Below are positions 56,019-64,000 of a stretch of 64,000 nucleotides of DNA, in pieces; within the stretch, counting starts at the first letter, position 1, and each line of letters starts with the position of its first letter. Source of the stretch: an uncultured Alphaproteobacteria bacterium. GTDB taxonomy: Bacteria; Pseudomonadota; Alphaproteobacteria; Puniceispirillales; Puniceispirillaceae. The DNA lies in the NCBI GenBank assembly GCA_963926175.1, contig CAWUWE010000078.1, positions 5,274 through 69,273 on the forward strand, written 5' to 3'. The position numbers and the translations under genes are program-made. The notes below the pieces were generated by a model, which did not search any database, was not told the origin of the DNA, and saw only the letters and a program-made list of their open reading frames with translations.

Positions 56019-56798
56019 TTAGAGAGTCAGGCTGATCGGCACATGATCTGATGGCTTGTCAACGCCGCGCCAATCTCGGTGAATTTCCGCATGCGCCACC
56101 TTATCAGCAAGATCATGGCTAACCCAGATATGATCCAAACGGCGGCCACGATCACTGGCCGCCCAATCGCGCGCCCGGTAAGACCACCAAGAATATAATT
56201 TCTGATCATCACCAAAATAGGCACGAACCGCATCATGCCAGCCACCATCAGCAATCAGCCGTTTTAACCCATCGGTTTCCACCGGCGTATGGCTGATGAT
56301 TTTCAATAATTGTTTCGATGACCAAACATCACTTGCCAATGGCGCAATATTCAAATCGCCAACCAGAATTTCGGCTTTTGGCTGATTTGCACTGAAATGG
56401 CTTGTCATCTCGTCAATGAATTGCAGCTTATGGGCAAATTTCGGATTTGCCTCAATATCCGGAACGTCACCACCAGCCGGAACATAAAAATTATGGATGC
56501 CAATTCCATCACGGGTTATCGCCCAGATATGGCGGCAATCGGATTTGCCGGTCCATTCCATATGGTCGATTTTGGCCAAGGGCTGGCGCGCAATAATCGC
56601 AACACCATTATAGCTTTTCTCACCGCGAATGGCCTGATGTGGCCAGCCTGCCGCAGCAAACGCTTCGGCTGGAAAATGCATATCTTGGGTTTTCGTCTCT
56701 TGAAGACATAACACATCAATATCGGCCTGCTGCAAAAATGCCAGCACTGTCTCGAGGCGAAGCCTAACGCTATTGATGTTCCAAGTTGCAATTTTCAT
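56019..56798 (-). CDS. xth: Exodeoxyribonuclease III
   Basis: MKIATWNINSVRLR...DVLCLQETK...GDLNIAP...SDHVP. ATG 56798. Confidence 0.92.
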   Translation of the reverse strand: MKIATWNINSVRLRLETVLAFLQQADIDVLCLQETKTQDMHFPAEAFAAAGWPHQAIRGEKSYNGVAIIARQPLAKIDHMEWTGKSDCRHIWAITRDGIGIHNFYVPAGGDVPDIEANPKFAHKLQFIDEMTSHFSANQPKAEILVGDLNIAPLASDVWSSKQLLKIISHTPVETDGLKRLIADGGWHDAVRAYFGDDQKLYSWWSYRARDWAASDRGRRLDHIWVSHDLADKVAHAEIHRDWRGVDKPSDHVPISLTL

Positions 56799-56881
56799 TT
56801 CGAATGGCTCCTTAAAAGGGGCGGTTTGATCACTGCCGTTCCCACTCCAGCCAAGGTTTGTTGGCCGCAAGCAAAGAACGG

Positions 56882-57499
56882 TTAATTTCCGTCAGAATAT
56901 TCGGGAAGTCGAAAAACCTCATTGGCAATGGGCTGGTCATAAACGATATTTTGCAATGTCACACTAGTTTCAATGCCAGCCGCATCAAGCACGATCCAGC
57001 GCCGGAACTGAAATGGTTTTTCGGAAAATTCAAGGGTCAAACGGCCAGCGCCTTCGCCATCATCTTTACCAATTTGAATCCGCACAATGCCAGAAATCGT
57101 TGACAAAATACGCGTTTCATATCCATCAGGCCGAAGCGAGACCTTATCCGCCAGAATAAGCGAAAGCGGGGTTTCAGAAATTGGGTAGCTTGTCAGCAAG
57201 CGCTCATCTGGACGGTCAACATGAAGCCAGACACTACTAGTGATCAGCTGCAATTCATCGCCTTTGCCATAGGTGATTTTCATGCGTGACGGACGGCGAA
57301 ATGCCAATTTGCCGTCGGCGCTTGTGCCATCTGACGCTACCTGTATAAAATTAGCTGAAATCGTTTTGATCTTGTTAAACCATGTTTCGGCGCGCGTTAC
57401 ATCATCATTGGCCATCGACGGCATCGAGGTCAGCATGATGGGCAAGCTGACAAGGAACATCACCCTTGACCCGAAATCCGTAATTCGTCCTTTAGTCAT
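56882..57499 (-). CDS. lolA: Outer-membrane lipoprotein carrier protein LolA
   Basis: Signal peptide MTKGRITDFGSRVMFLVSLPIMLTSMPSMA, then the LolA-like FIQVASDG...L pattern. It lies immediately downstream of ftsK, as in many proteobacteria. I placed the start at ATG 57499; the ORF track extends to 57565. Confidence 0.8.
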   Translation of the reverse strand: MTKGRITDFGSRVMFLVSLPIMLTSMPSMANDDVTRAETWFNKIKTISANFIQVASDGTSADGKLAFRRPSRMKITYGKGDELQLITSSVWLHVDRPDERLLTSYPISETPLSLILADKVSLRPDGYETRILSTISGIVRIQIGKDDGEGAGRLTLEFSEKPFQFRRWIVLDAAGIETSVTLQNIVYDQPIANEVFRLPEYSDGN

Positions 57500-57564
57500 T
57501 ATCAGTGCCATGATCAGTGCCATTATTCGTGATGGCAGATTTTGCCGCATTTTGATTATTGGCA

Positions 57565-59925
57565 TTACAGGCCACCATTTTCGTTATCCGTTAGCAAAAC
57601 ATCGCGTTTACCAACATGATTAGCCGCTGAAATAATGCCGTTGCTTTCCATTTCTTCAATGATCGTTGCGGCGCGGTTATAGCCAATTTTCAAATGCCGC
57701 TGAACAAAGCTTGTTGATGCTTTTTGTTCACGAACGACCAACGCCACCGCCTGTTCATAAAGGCTGCCGCCATTGCTTTGCATCGCCCCGTCACCAGCGC
57801 CATCACCGCCAATTTCGACCTCTTCAACAACGCGGTCATCATATTCAGGCTCACCTTGCTGGCGCAGGAAATTGGCAACAGCTTCAACCTCGCCATCATC
57901 GACAAACGGGCCATGTACGCGCACAACCCTGCCGCCACCTTCCATAAACAGCATATCACCCCGACCAAGAAGCTGTTCGGCGCCCTGTTCGCCAAGGATT
58001 GTGCGGCTGTCGATCCGCGACGTGACCTGAAAGCTTATTCTTGTTGGGAAATTCGCTTTGATTGTGCCGGTGATCACATCGACTGACGGGCGCTGGGTTG
58101 CCATGATGACATGGATTCCCGCCGCCCGCGCCATTTGCGCCAAACGCTGAACAGCACCTTCGATTTCCTTGCCCGCAACAAGCATCAGATCGGCCACTTC
58201 ATCAATCAACACCACAATGAATGGAAGCGGTGCCAGATCGAGGATTTCTTCTTCATGGATCGGTTTGCCGGTTTCCGGATCAAAGCCGGTTTGAACGCGT
58301 CTTGTTAAAACCTCACCCCTAGCGCGCGCTTCGGCAAGACGGTCATTATAGCCGCCAATATTACGAACCCCCATCTTGGCCATATTGCGATAACGATTTT
58401 CCATTTCGCGAACCGCCCATTTCAATGCGGTAACCGCTTTTGACGGATCGGTCACAACCGGACTTAAAAGATGCGGAATGCCATCATAAACTGATAGTTC
58501 CAGCATTTTCGGATCGATCATAATCATCCGGCAGGTTTCGGGCGTATGCCGGTAAAGAAGCGACAGGATCATCGCATTGATGCCAACTGATTTGCCGGAA
58601 CCGGTGGTACCCGCAACGAGAAGATGCGGGAATTTGGCCAGATCGACCACCACCGGCGCACCGGCAATATCTTTGCCCAGCGCCATTGGCAGGCTTGAAC
58701 GATCGCTGGCCCAGCTATCATGGTCAAGAATATCACGAAGCATCACGACCTGCCGGTCTTCGTTTGGCAATTCGATGCCAATCACATTTTGGCCAGGCAC
58801 CACGGCAACCCGAACCGAAATGGCGCTCATTGAACGGGCGATATCATCGGCAAGCGAAATCACGCGCTGCGATTTGGTGCCGGGCGCAGGGTTCAAATCA
58901 TAGCGCGTGACAACCGGCCCATAGCGCACATCGGCAATCGTGCCATTGACGCTGAAATCCGATAGGACATTTTCTAGCTGGCGCGCGTGATCTTCAAGAA
59001 TCGATTTTGACGGGCCTGATTGGGTTTTTGCTGGTGGATTCAACAGGCGGGCGGGCGGCAATTGGAATCCCAAACCATTGCTAAAATCAAACATTTCCTG
59101 CTTGGCATTCTTTTTGGTGGCACGCAGTGACCGCGCTTTGCCACCAGCAGCCTGCTTGGCATTTTGGTCAGCCACATGACCAGCCGCATCGGCAACAAGC
59201 ACTGGTTCTTGGCGTTGTCTTGATGGTTTTGGTTTGCGCGGCGGTTTTGCCACAACCCGCTGTTGCACATTATTGAGCGAACCCGCAACCTTTTGGCCAA
59301 AGCCAGCAATACCTTTGAACAAAGGTCCGATTTTACTGGTCTTACCAGATCGTTTTAACCATTGCCGGGGCGAAATTGCCGCCACCCAAAGCCATGATAG
59401 CAAGCCGAAAAACAGCGCCGCACCGCCAACATAATGAATCGTCTCTAGCCCCATAAAGGAAGGTGTCGGCTGCATGACCCGCATGATCATTCCGATGATC
59501 ACCGCGCCTGCCGCCCCACCATTATCACTGGCACCGCCACCATCAAGCGCAAAAAGACCACCAGCCAGAAAGAACAGGCTTAGCGGCAAAACAATGATCC
59601 GAAATCGCATCCATGGCACTGGCTGTTTCCGAAAATAGGACGCGCCCCAAAATAACGGCGCCAAAGCCAGAAAAAATGCTGCAAGCCCAATTGCCGCATA
59701 AAGCCCCGCCGAAATATTGGCACCAACAGGCCCAAGCCAATTGGCCACAGGCGCCGTTGAAACTTGATTAAAGGACGGGTCATTTTTACCAGCGGTGATT
59801 AGCGCAATCAGCGACAAACCCGATATTACAAAAAGCCCTAGACCAAAAATTTCCATTAACCGATTCTGCAAAAACTGCATCATCGCAATGGAAAAAATGG
59901 GTTTCTTATCGTCACTATCGGCCAT
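57565..59925 (-). CDS. ftsK: DNA translocase FtsK
   Basis: Four N-terminal TM helices, a basic linker, the motor domain (Walker A GTTGSGKSV, DEVADLM) and a C-terminal gamma winged-helix domain. Confidence 0.95.
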   Translation of the reverse strand: MADSDDKKPIFSIAMMQFLQNRLMEIFGLGLFVISGLSLIALITAGKNDPSFNQVSTAPVANWLGPVGANISAGLYAAIGLAAFFLALAPLFWGASYFRKQPVPWMRFRIIVLPLSLFFLAGGLFALDGGGASDNGGAAGAVIIGMIMRVMQPTPSFMGLETIHYVGGAALFFGLLSWLWVAAISPRQWLKRSGKTSKIGPLFKGIAGFGQKVAGSLNNVQQRVVAKPPRKPKPSRQRQEPVLVADAAGHVADQNAKQAAGGKARSLRATKKNAKQEMFDFSNGLGFQLPPARLLNPPAKTQSGPSKSILEDHARQLENVLSDFSVNGTIADVRYGPVVTRYDLNPAPGTKSQRVISLADDIARSMSAISVRVAVVPGQNVIGIELPNEDRQVVMLRDILDHDSWASDRSSLPMALGKDIAGAPVVVDLAKFPHLLVAGTTGSGKSVGINAMILSLLYRHTPETCRMIMIDPKMLELSVYDGIPHLLSPVVTDPSKAVTALKWAVREMENRYRNMAKMGVRNIGGYNDRLAEARARGEVLTRRVQTGFDPETGKPIHEEEILDLAPLPFIVVLIDEVADLMLVAGKEIEGAVQRLAQMARAAGIHVIMATQRPSVDVITGTIKANFPTRISFQVTSRIDSRTILGEQGAEQLLGRGDMLFMEGGGRVVRVHGPFVDDGEVEAVANFLRQQGEPEYDDRVVEEVEIGGDGAGDGAMQSNGGSLYEQAVALVVREQKASTSFVQRHLKIGYNRAATIIEEMESNGIISAANHVGKRDVLLTDNENGGL

Positions 59926-59999
59926 GACTTTCCTTATAGGGTAAATCTGTTTGGCAATCTAGGCATTGGCATGAGCGTTATTTTTGATCAAAGACATTA

Positions 60000-61220
60000 T
60001 CATCGCTGGCTTTTATAAATTTTCGCCACCCGTGAAAGCCCCTCATCGGTGCTTTCAGCATCATGAACAAGCGCCAATCTAACATAGCCAGCACCCGGGT
60101 TTCCATCTTCGGTTTCCAGACCCATAAAAGATCCGGGAACAGCCTTTACCGCCTGTTCGGCCATCAGCCTTTTGACAAATTCAATATCATCATCAACCTT
60201 TAGCCACAGGAAAAATCCGCCTTGCGGTGCGGCAATGCCGAGATGTTTTTCAATAAGGGCAAAATTGGCATCATAATAGGCGCGGATTGCCGCAACATGT
60301 GCCTCATCATCATAAAGATCAGCAGCGACCGCCAAAAGCGGTGTTGGCACCAATGACCCACCATTGCCGACTAGTTTCAAATATTGCGCCACAACCTGCC
60401 TGTCACCAACCATGAATCCTGCACGAAGACCAGCCGCACCCGACCGTTTTGACAGCGAATTCAACACCACCAAATTGGCCAGAGGATCAGCATCGCCAGT
60501 GATGCCATCTTGGCCTGCAACCAAGGCGGCAGCCTGCATCAGACCCGTTGGCGGACTGCCCCGCCAAATATCAGCATAGCATTCATCCATCACCAGCAGA
60601 AAATCATGTTTGCGGGCAAGCCGAATTACATCAACTAGATAATCCATATCCATAACGCTGCCTTGCGGATTTGTCGGGCTGCAAAGATATAGAATGCTAG
60701 CGCGATCAAGATCGACAGATGCAACCGCATGAAGATCGGGAAGAAAATTCTGATTGGCGCCGCTATTCAGCCAGATCGTTTCCCCGCCGCTGGCAAGCGC
60801 ACCGGCGCGCCATGCATGATAAAAAGGATTGGTCACCAGCGCGGCGGCATTGGGCTTGCTTGTCGTTACCAAATGGCCAAGCAAATGAAGTGGTTCGCGC
60901 GTTCCAGGAACTGGAATGATTTGACTTGCATCGGCAAGCCCTACCGCTTCGGGCCAACGCCGCGCGATATAGCCTTCAATCGCTGCGGTAAAACGCGGGC
61001 TCCCCGTTGCCTTTGGATAGAATTGCCACTGGTCATTATGACGCGACACACTGTCGATCAATAGGGCGGCTGGCGGTTGTTGTGGCTCGCCAATCGACAT
61101 ATCAAGAACGCGCAGATTTGTCGGCGGCGTTATCGATTCAAGAAGCCCACGAAGCTGGACAAACATATTGCCGTCAAAAATGGCATGCGCTGGATTAAGT
61201 TTCATGGATTTTTTCACCAT
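60000..61220 (-). CDS. Class I/II PLP-dependent aminotransferase (DapC/aspartate aminotransferase-like)
   Basis: The lysine context NSLSKRSGAAGLRAGF and the MSIGEPQ N-terminal motif. Substrate cannot be assigned from sequence alone. The start is 61220 or ATG 61205. Confidence 0.85.
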   Translation of the reverse strand: MVKKSMKLNPAHAIFDGNMFVQLRGLLESITPPTNLRVLDMSIGEPQQPPAALLIDSVSRHNDQWQFYPKATGSPRFTAAIEGYIARRWPEAVGLADASQIIPVPGTREPLHLLGHLVTTSKPNAAALVTNPFYHAWRAGALASGGETIWLNSGANQNFLPDLHAVASVDLDRASILYLCSPTNPQGSVMDMDYLVDVIRLARKHDFLLVMDECYADIWRGSPPTGLMQAAALVAGQDGITGDADPLANLVVLNSLSKRSGAAGLRAGFMVGDRQVVAQYLKLVGNGGSLVPTPLLAVAADLYDDEAHVAAIRAYYDANFALIEKHLGIAAPQGGFFLWLKVDDDIEFVKRLMAEQAVKAVPGSFMGLETEDGNPGAGYVRLALVHDAESTDEGLSRVAKIYKSQR

Positions 61221-61418
61221 ATCAAAAGAACGGCTTGGCTCGCCAATTAGTTATTTCGCCCTCATTGGTAGCGCATGCCTTGCGCCGGGGCAATGGCTGC
61301 GATGATGTTACTCACTAGCAAAATAGACCAATTTCAGTAAACTGATCTCAACCAGATTGATTGTGATGAGTGATCTGGTCCCAGCGCACCAACTCGCCTT
61401 GAAAAGGATCACGCCCCC

Positions 61419-61955
61419 ATGCCGCAAAAGCCAGCCATTTTTCTTGATCGCGACAATACGCTGATCCGTGATGATGGCTATATTTTCGAGATTGAAAAAT
61501 TTGCCTGGATCACCGGTGCCGTGGCAGCATTGAAGCGGTTTCATCAGGCCGGATTACCAGTTTTCATTGTGACCAATCAAGGCGGCATTGGACGCGGCAT
61601 CTTTACCGAAAGCGATATGCATAAATTTAATCGTCATCTGATTGATGCTGCTGAAAAGGCCGGAGGTGCCATTGCCGATATTGCCTTTTGTCCCCATCAT
61701 CCGCTTTCGCCTGATCCGGCAATGGCGGCGGCGTGTCGTTGCCGCAAACCCGAACCAGGATTGCTGTTTGATCTTGCGCAAAAATGGCAGATTGACCTTG
61801 GTACCTCGTTAATGATTGGGGATCGCGATAGCGATGTTGAGGCTGGAAAGCGGGCTGGCATGGCCGCCTATATTTTTGATCGAGGTGATCTGGATCAGCT
61901 TGCCAAACAAGTGATGGATCGCCATTTTACGGCAAAGACGGATGGTAGCAAATGA
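61419..61955 (+). CDS. gmhB: HAD-IIIA phosphatase, D,D-heptose 1,7-bisphosphate phosphatase / histidinol-phosphatase family
   Basis: FLDRDNTLI, VTNQGGIGRG, the zinc-site CPHHP...CRCRKPEPG, and IGDRDSDVEAG. Confidence 0.75.
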   Translation: MPQKPAIFLDRDNTLIRDDGYIFEIEKFAWITGAVAALKRFHQAGLPVFIVTNQGGIGRGIFTESDMHKFNRHLIDAAEKAGGAIADIAFCPHHPLSPDPAMAAACRCRKPEPGLLFDLAQKWQIDLGTSLMIGDRDSDVEAGKRAGMAAYIFDRGDLDQLAKQVMDRHFTAKTDGSK

Positions 61956-63262
61956 CCAAGCAGACACATTATGAAGTGATTGTTGTTGGCGGTGGGCTGA
62001 CCGGGGTAATGATGGCATTGGCGCTGTCTTATGGCGGCTATGGATCGGCCGCAACACCGGCTATTGCGCTTGTTGACCGCGCGCCAGCACAGCCCAAATC
62101 AGTCGACACTAAAACAGCCCACACTGAATCACCAAATTCCGCATCAAGCGCCAGCAAAACCCCAAGCGGTGATCATCGCACCACCACCATTCACGCCGCC
62201 GGAAAAATCATGCTTGAAACGCTTGGCGTCTGGCCGCTTATTGGCGATATGGCAACCCCGATCACCCATATCAAAATTGCCAATGGCGCACCGCGCCAAG
62301 GCAGGATTGCGCGGCGTCAACGACCCGAATTCAGCCTTGATTGGCATAATGCTGACCAGCCAATGGCCTATGTTGTGGCCAATGACCGGCTTCTTGATGC
62401 CCTCTATATGGTGATGGCAACGCGGCCAATTGCCCATATCACCGACGCCGAGGTGACAAGCTTTGACGGGGCAGGTGATCTTGCCCGATTGCAATTTGCC
62501 AAACGGCCAGATTTAACCTGCCAGCTGGTTGTTGCTTGTGATGGCGCGAAAAGCAAATTGCGCGATTTTGCCGGTATCCGCAGCTTGGCTGAACCACATC
62601 GGCAAACCGCGATTGTTGCCAATCTGACGCTCGAACGCGATCATGCCAATATTGCCTATCAGCGGTTTTTGCCAAGCGGACCATTGGCGCTGATGCCGCA
62701 TGGCCCGTTTCGGGCTTCGCTTGTTTGGACGTTACCAAAGGCTGAGGCCAATCAATTTCTGGCGCTTAATGAAGCCGATTTTGCCAATGTGATATTGGCC
62801 GCTTTTGGCGAAACGCTTGGTGGGTTGCAGCTTGACGGGTCGCGCCTTGGCTGGCCCTTAAAGCCAACAATTGGCCGCAAAATGACCGGCCCACATCTGG
62901 TTCTGGCAGGCGATGCCAGCCATGCGATTCACCCGCTTGCCGGTCAGGGATATAATCTGGCCCTTGGTGATGCGGCGGTTCTTGCCGATTGTCTCGCCCG
63001 CGCCAGCGCACGCGGGCTTGGCGCTGGTCACCGGTCGGTTGAAACTGATTATCTTGCTGGACGCAAACTCGAAGTCACCGCCATGACAGCCATGACAAGT
63101 GGATTAAACCAGCTTATGTCATTTCAGCCAGCCATTGCCAAAGTCACCAGCGCGGGTATGGGGCTGGTCAATGCGAGTCCGGTAAAATCATTTTTTCAGA
63201 AAAGTGCGATGGGCGGGCATCTGGCACGCGCCAATCTTTTTGAGGGGCATCTGCCCGCATAA
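61952..63262 (+). CDS. UbiH/UbiF/Coq6-family FAD-dependent ubiquinone hydroxylase
   Basis: VIVVGGGLTG, the DG motif ACDGAKSKLR, and GDASHAIHPLAGQGYNL. ATGA overlap with the upstream phosphatase gene. Confidence 0.9.
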   Translation: MTKQTHYEVIVVGGGLTGVMMALALSYGGYGSAATPAIALVDRAPAQPKSVDTKTAHTESPNSASSASKTPSGDHRTTTIHAAGKIMLETLGVWPLIGDMATPITHIKIANGAPRQGRIARRQRPEFSLDWHNADQPMAYVVANDRLLDALYMVMATRPIAHITDAEVTSFDGAGDLARLQFAKRPDLTCQLVVACDGAKSKLRDFAGIRSLAEPHRQTAIVANLTLERDHANIAYQRFLPSGPLALMPHGPFRASLVWTLPKAEANQFLALNEADFANVILAAFGETLGGLQLDGSRLGWPLKPTIGRKMTGPHLVLAGDASHAIHPLAGQGYNLALGDAAVLADCLARASARGLGAGHRSVETDYLAGRKLEVTAMTAMTSGLNQLMSFQPAIAKVTSAGMGLVNASPVKSFFQKSAMGGHLARANLFEGHLPA

Positions 63263-63282
63263 TTGCGCCCAAATTATAGCGC

Positions 63283-63690
63283 CTAGTTGCGGCGTGCGCC
63301 ATCACTGGCAAGCCGCGCCAGATAATCGGCCATTAACTGGTCTTGGCGAAGCGCATAATCATAAAGCAGACCCCAGCTAAAAAGGCCGGTATTATGCCCG
63401 TCGCTAAAGCCAAGCCGGATTGCATAATTGCCAACCGGTTCAATGCAGCTAATCAGGATATCTTGTTTTCCCGCTGGCGTGGTTTTCTGACCAGCACCAT
63501 GACCTTGCACCTCGGCCGATGGCGATTCAACGCGCAATAATTCGGCTGGTAGCGAGAATTGCGCGCCATCATCAAAACGAATTTCCAGCCGATCCTTGGC
63601 TTTTGAAAGCCGAATTTCTTCAGGCCAGACATCTTGTAATGGTGTTTGTGGTGGTGAGGTGGTCATGGGGTGCAATATCCTAGCATTCAA
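63283..63690 (-). CDS. DUF971 protein (gamma-butyrobetaine hydroxylase-like N-terminal domain)
   Basis: LEIRFDDGAQFSLPAELLRVESPSAEVQGHG...GNYAIRLGFSDGHNTGLFSWGLLY is the DUF971 pattern. Confidence 0.7.
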   Translation of the reverse strand: MNARILHPMTTSPPQTPLQDVWPEEIRLSKAKDRLEIRFDDGAQFSLPAELLRVESPSAEVQGHGAGQKTTPAGKQDILISCIEPVGNYAIRLGFSDGHNTGLFSWGLLYDYALRQDQLMADYLARLASDGARRN

Positions 63691-63734
63691 TTTTGTCGGT
63701 CATGGCAATTTTGGCGGTCATGGGCGGCAAAAAC

Positions 63735-63962
63735 CTATTCATCTTCGCCAAGATCACGCGCTTCATCGCCAAGCATGATTGGCACTCCAGCGCGAACCGG
63801 ATAGGCCTTGCGCGCCTGATGGCTAATCAATTCATCATTTACGCGATCATAGGTTAAGGGGCCGCGCGTCAAGGGACAAACCAGCACTTCAAGAAGCCGC
63901 GGATCAATTTCATAATCCGCCGCAGGGTCAGTGTCGTGCATCATTGCCTCCGGTTTCGTCAT
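63735..63962 (-). CDS. Trm112-family small zinc-ribbon-like protein (UPF0434/YcaR)
   Basis: [14 protein letters not shown]...[11 protein letters not shown] is the Trm112p-like signature. Confidence 0.8.
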   Translation of the reverse strand: MTKPEAMMHDTDPAADYEIDPRLLEVLVCPLTRGPLTYDRVNDELISHQARKAYPVRAGVPIMLGDEARDLGEDE

Positions 63963-64000
63963 GCAATGCCATTTCCATCATGGCAATTAATAGATCGGCG

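Noticed and set aside
63959-64000. Open frame on the minus strand ending in an ATGA overlap with the Trm112-like gene start
   Set aside because: Only about 13 codons are visible (…[13 protein letters not shown]-stop). That is too few to identify a gene or even confirm coding.

Overview
This window is conserved core chromosome from a moderate-GC alphaproteobacterium (Rhodospirillales-like gene order). I found no convincing novel system. About 65 densely packed housekeeping genes fall into familiar blocks:
- etfBA, tlpA, argH and lysA
- tyrC with chorismate mutase
- phaR
- rplU-rpmA followed by obg-proBA-nadD-rsfS-rlmH-gpmI-ctpA-rppH
- atpHAGDC and priA
- DUF484-xerC
- mdh, sucAB-lpdA, zapE and sdhCDAB
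- asd and leuBDC
- ffh-rpsP-rimM-trmD-rplS
- ftsY-mtaB-dapF, xth, lolA and ftsK
- a ubiH-family gene

Reading by eye, I saw no rRNA, tRNA, CRISPR array, IS element, prophage, toxin-antitoxin pair or defence-like gene. I could not run a formal tRNA or ncRNA scan.

The points worth a second look are local:
1. The 3' ~2.2 kb of sucA uses a different codon dialect from its own 5' end and from its neighbours, which suggests an intragenic recombination mosaic.
2. mdh abuts sucA with no sucCD between them.
3. A 45-codon LptM/LppL-type lipoprotein gene lies upstream of lysA, below the ORF-track cutoff.
4. rsfS appears to need a non-canonical ATT start.
5. A DM13-domain gene has a disrupted 5' end.
6. 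A terminator-like hairpin sits in the rplU leader.
7. TGCA-based operator-like repeats overlap a good phaR promoter.
8. A 10-mer is repeated in the sdhC / pyridoxal-kinase divergent region.
9. L21, S16 and Ffh carry low-complexity tails.

ORF-track coordinates include the stop codon. I moved several starts downstream to the conserved N-terminus and Shine-Dalgarno site.
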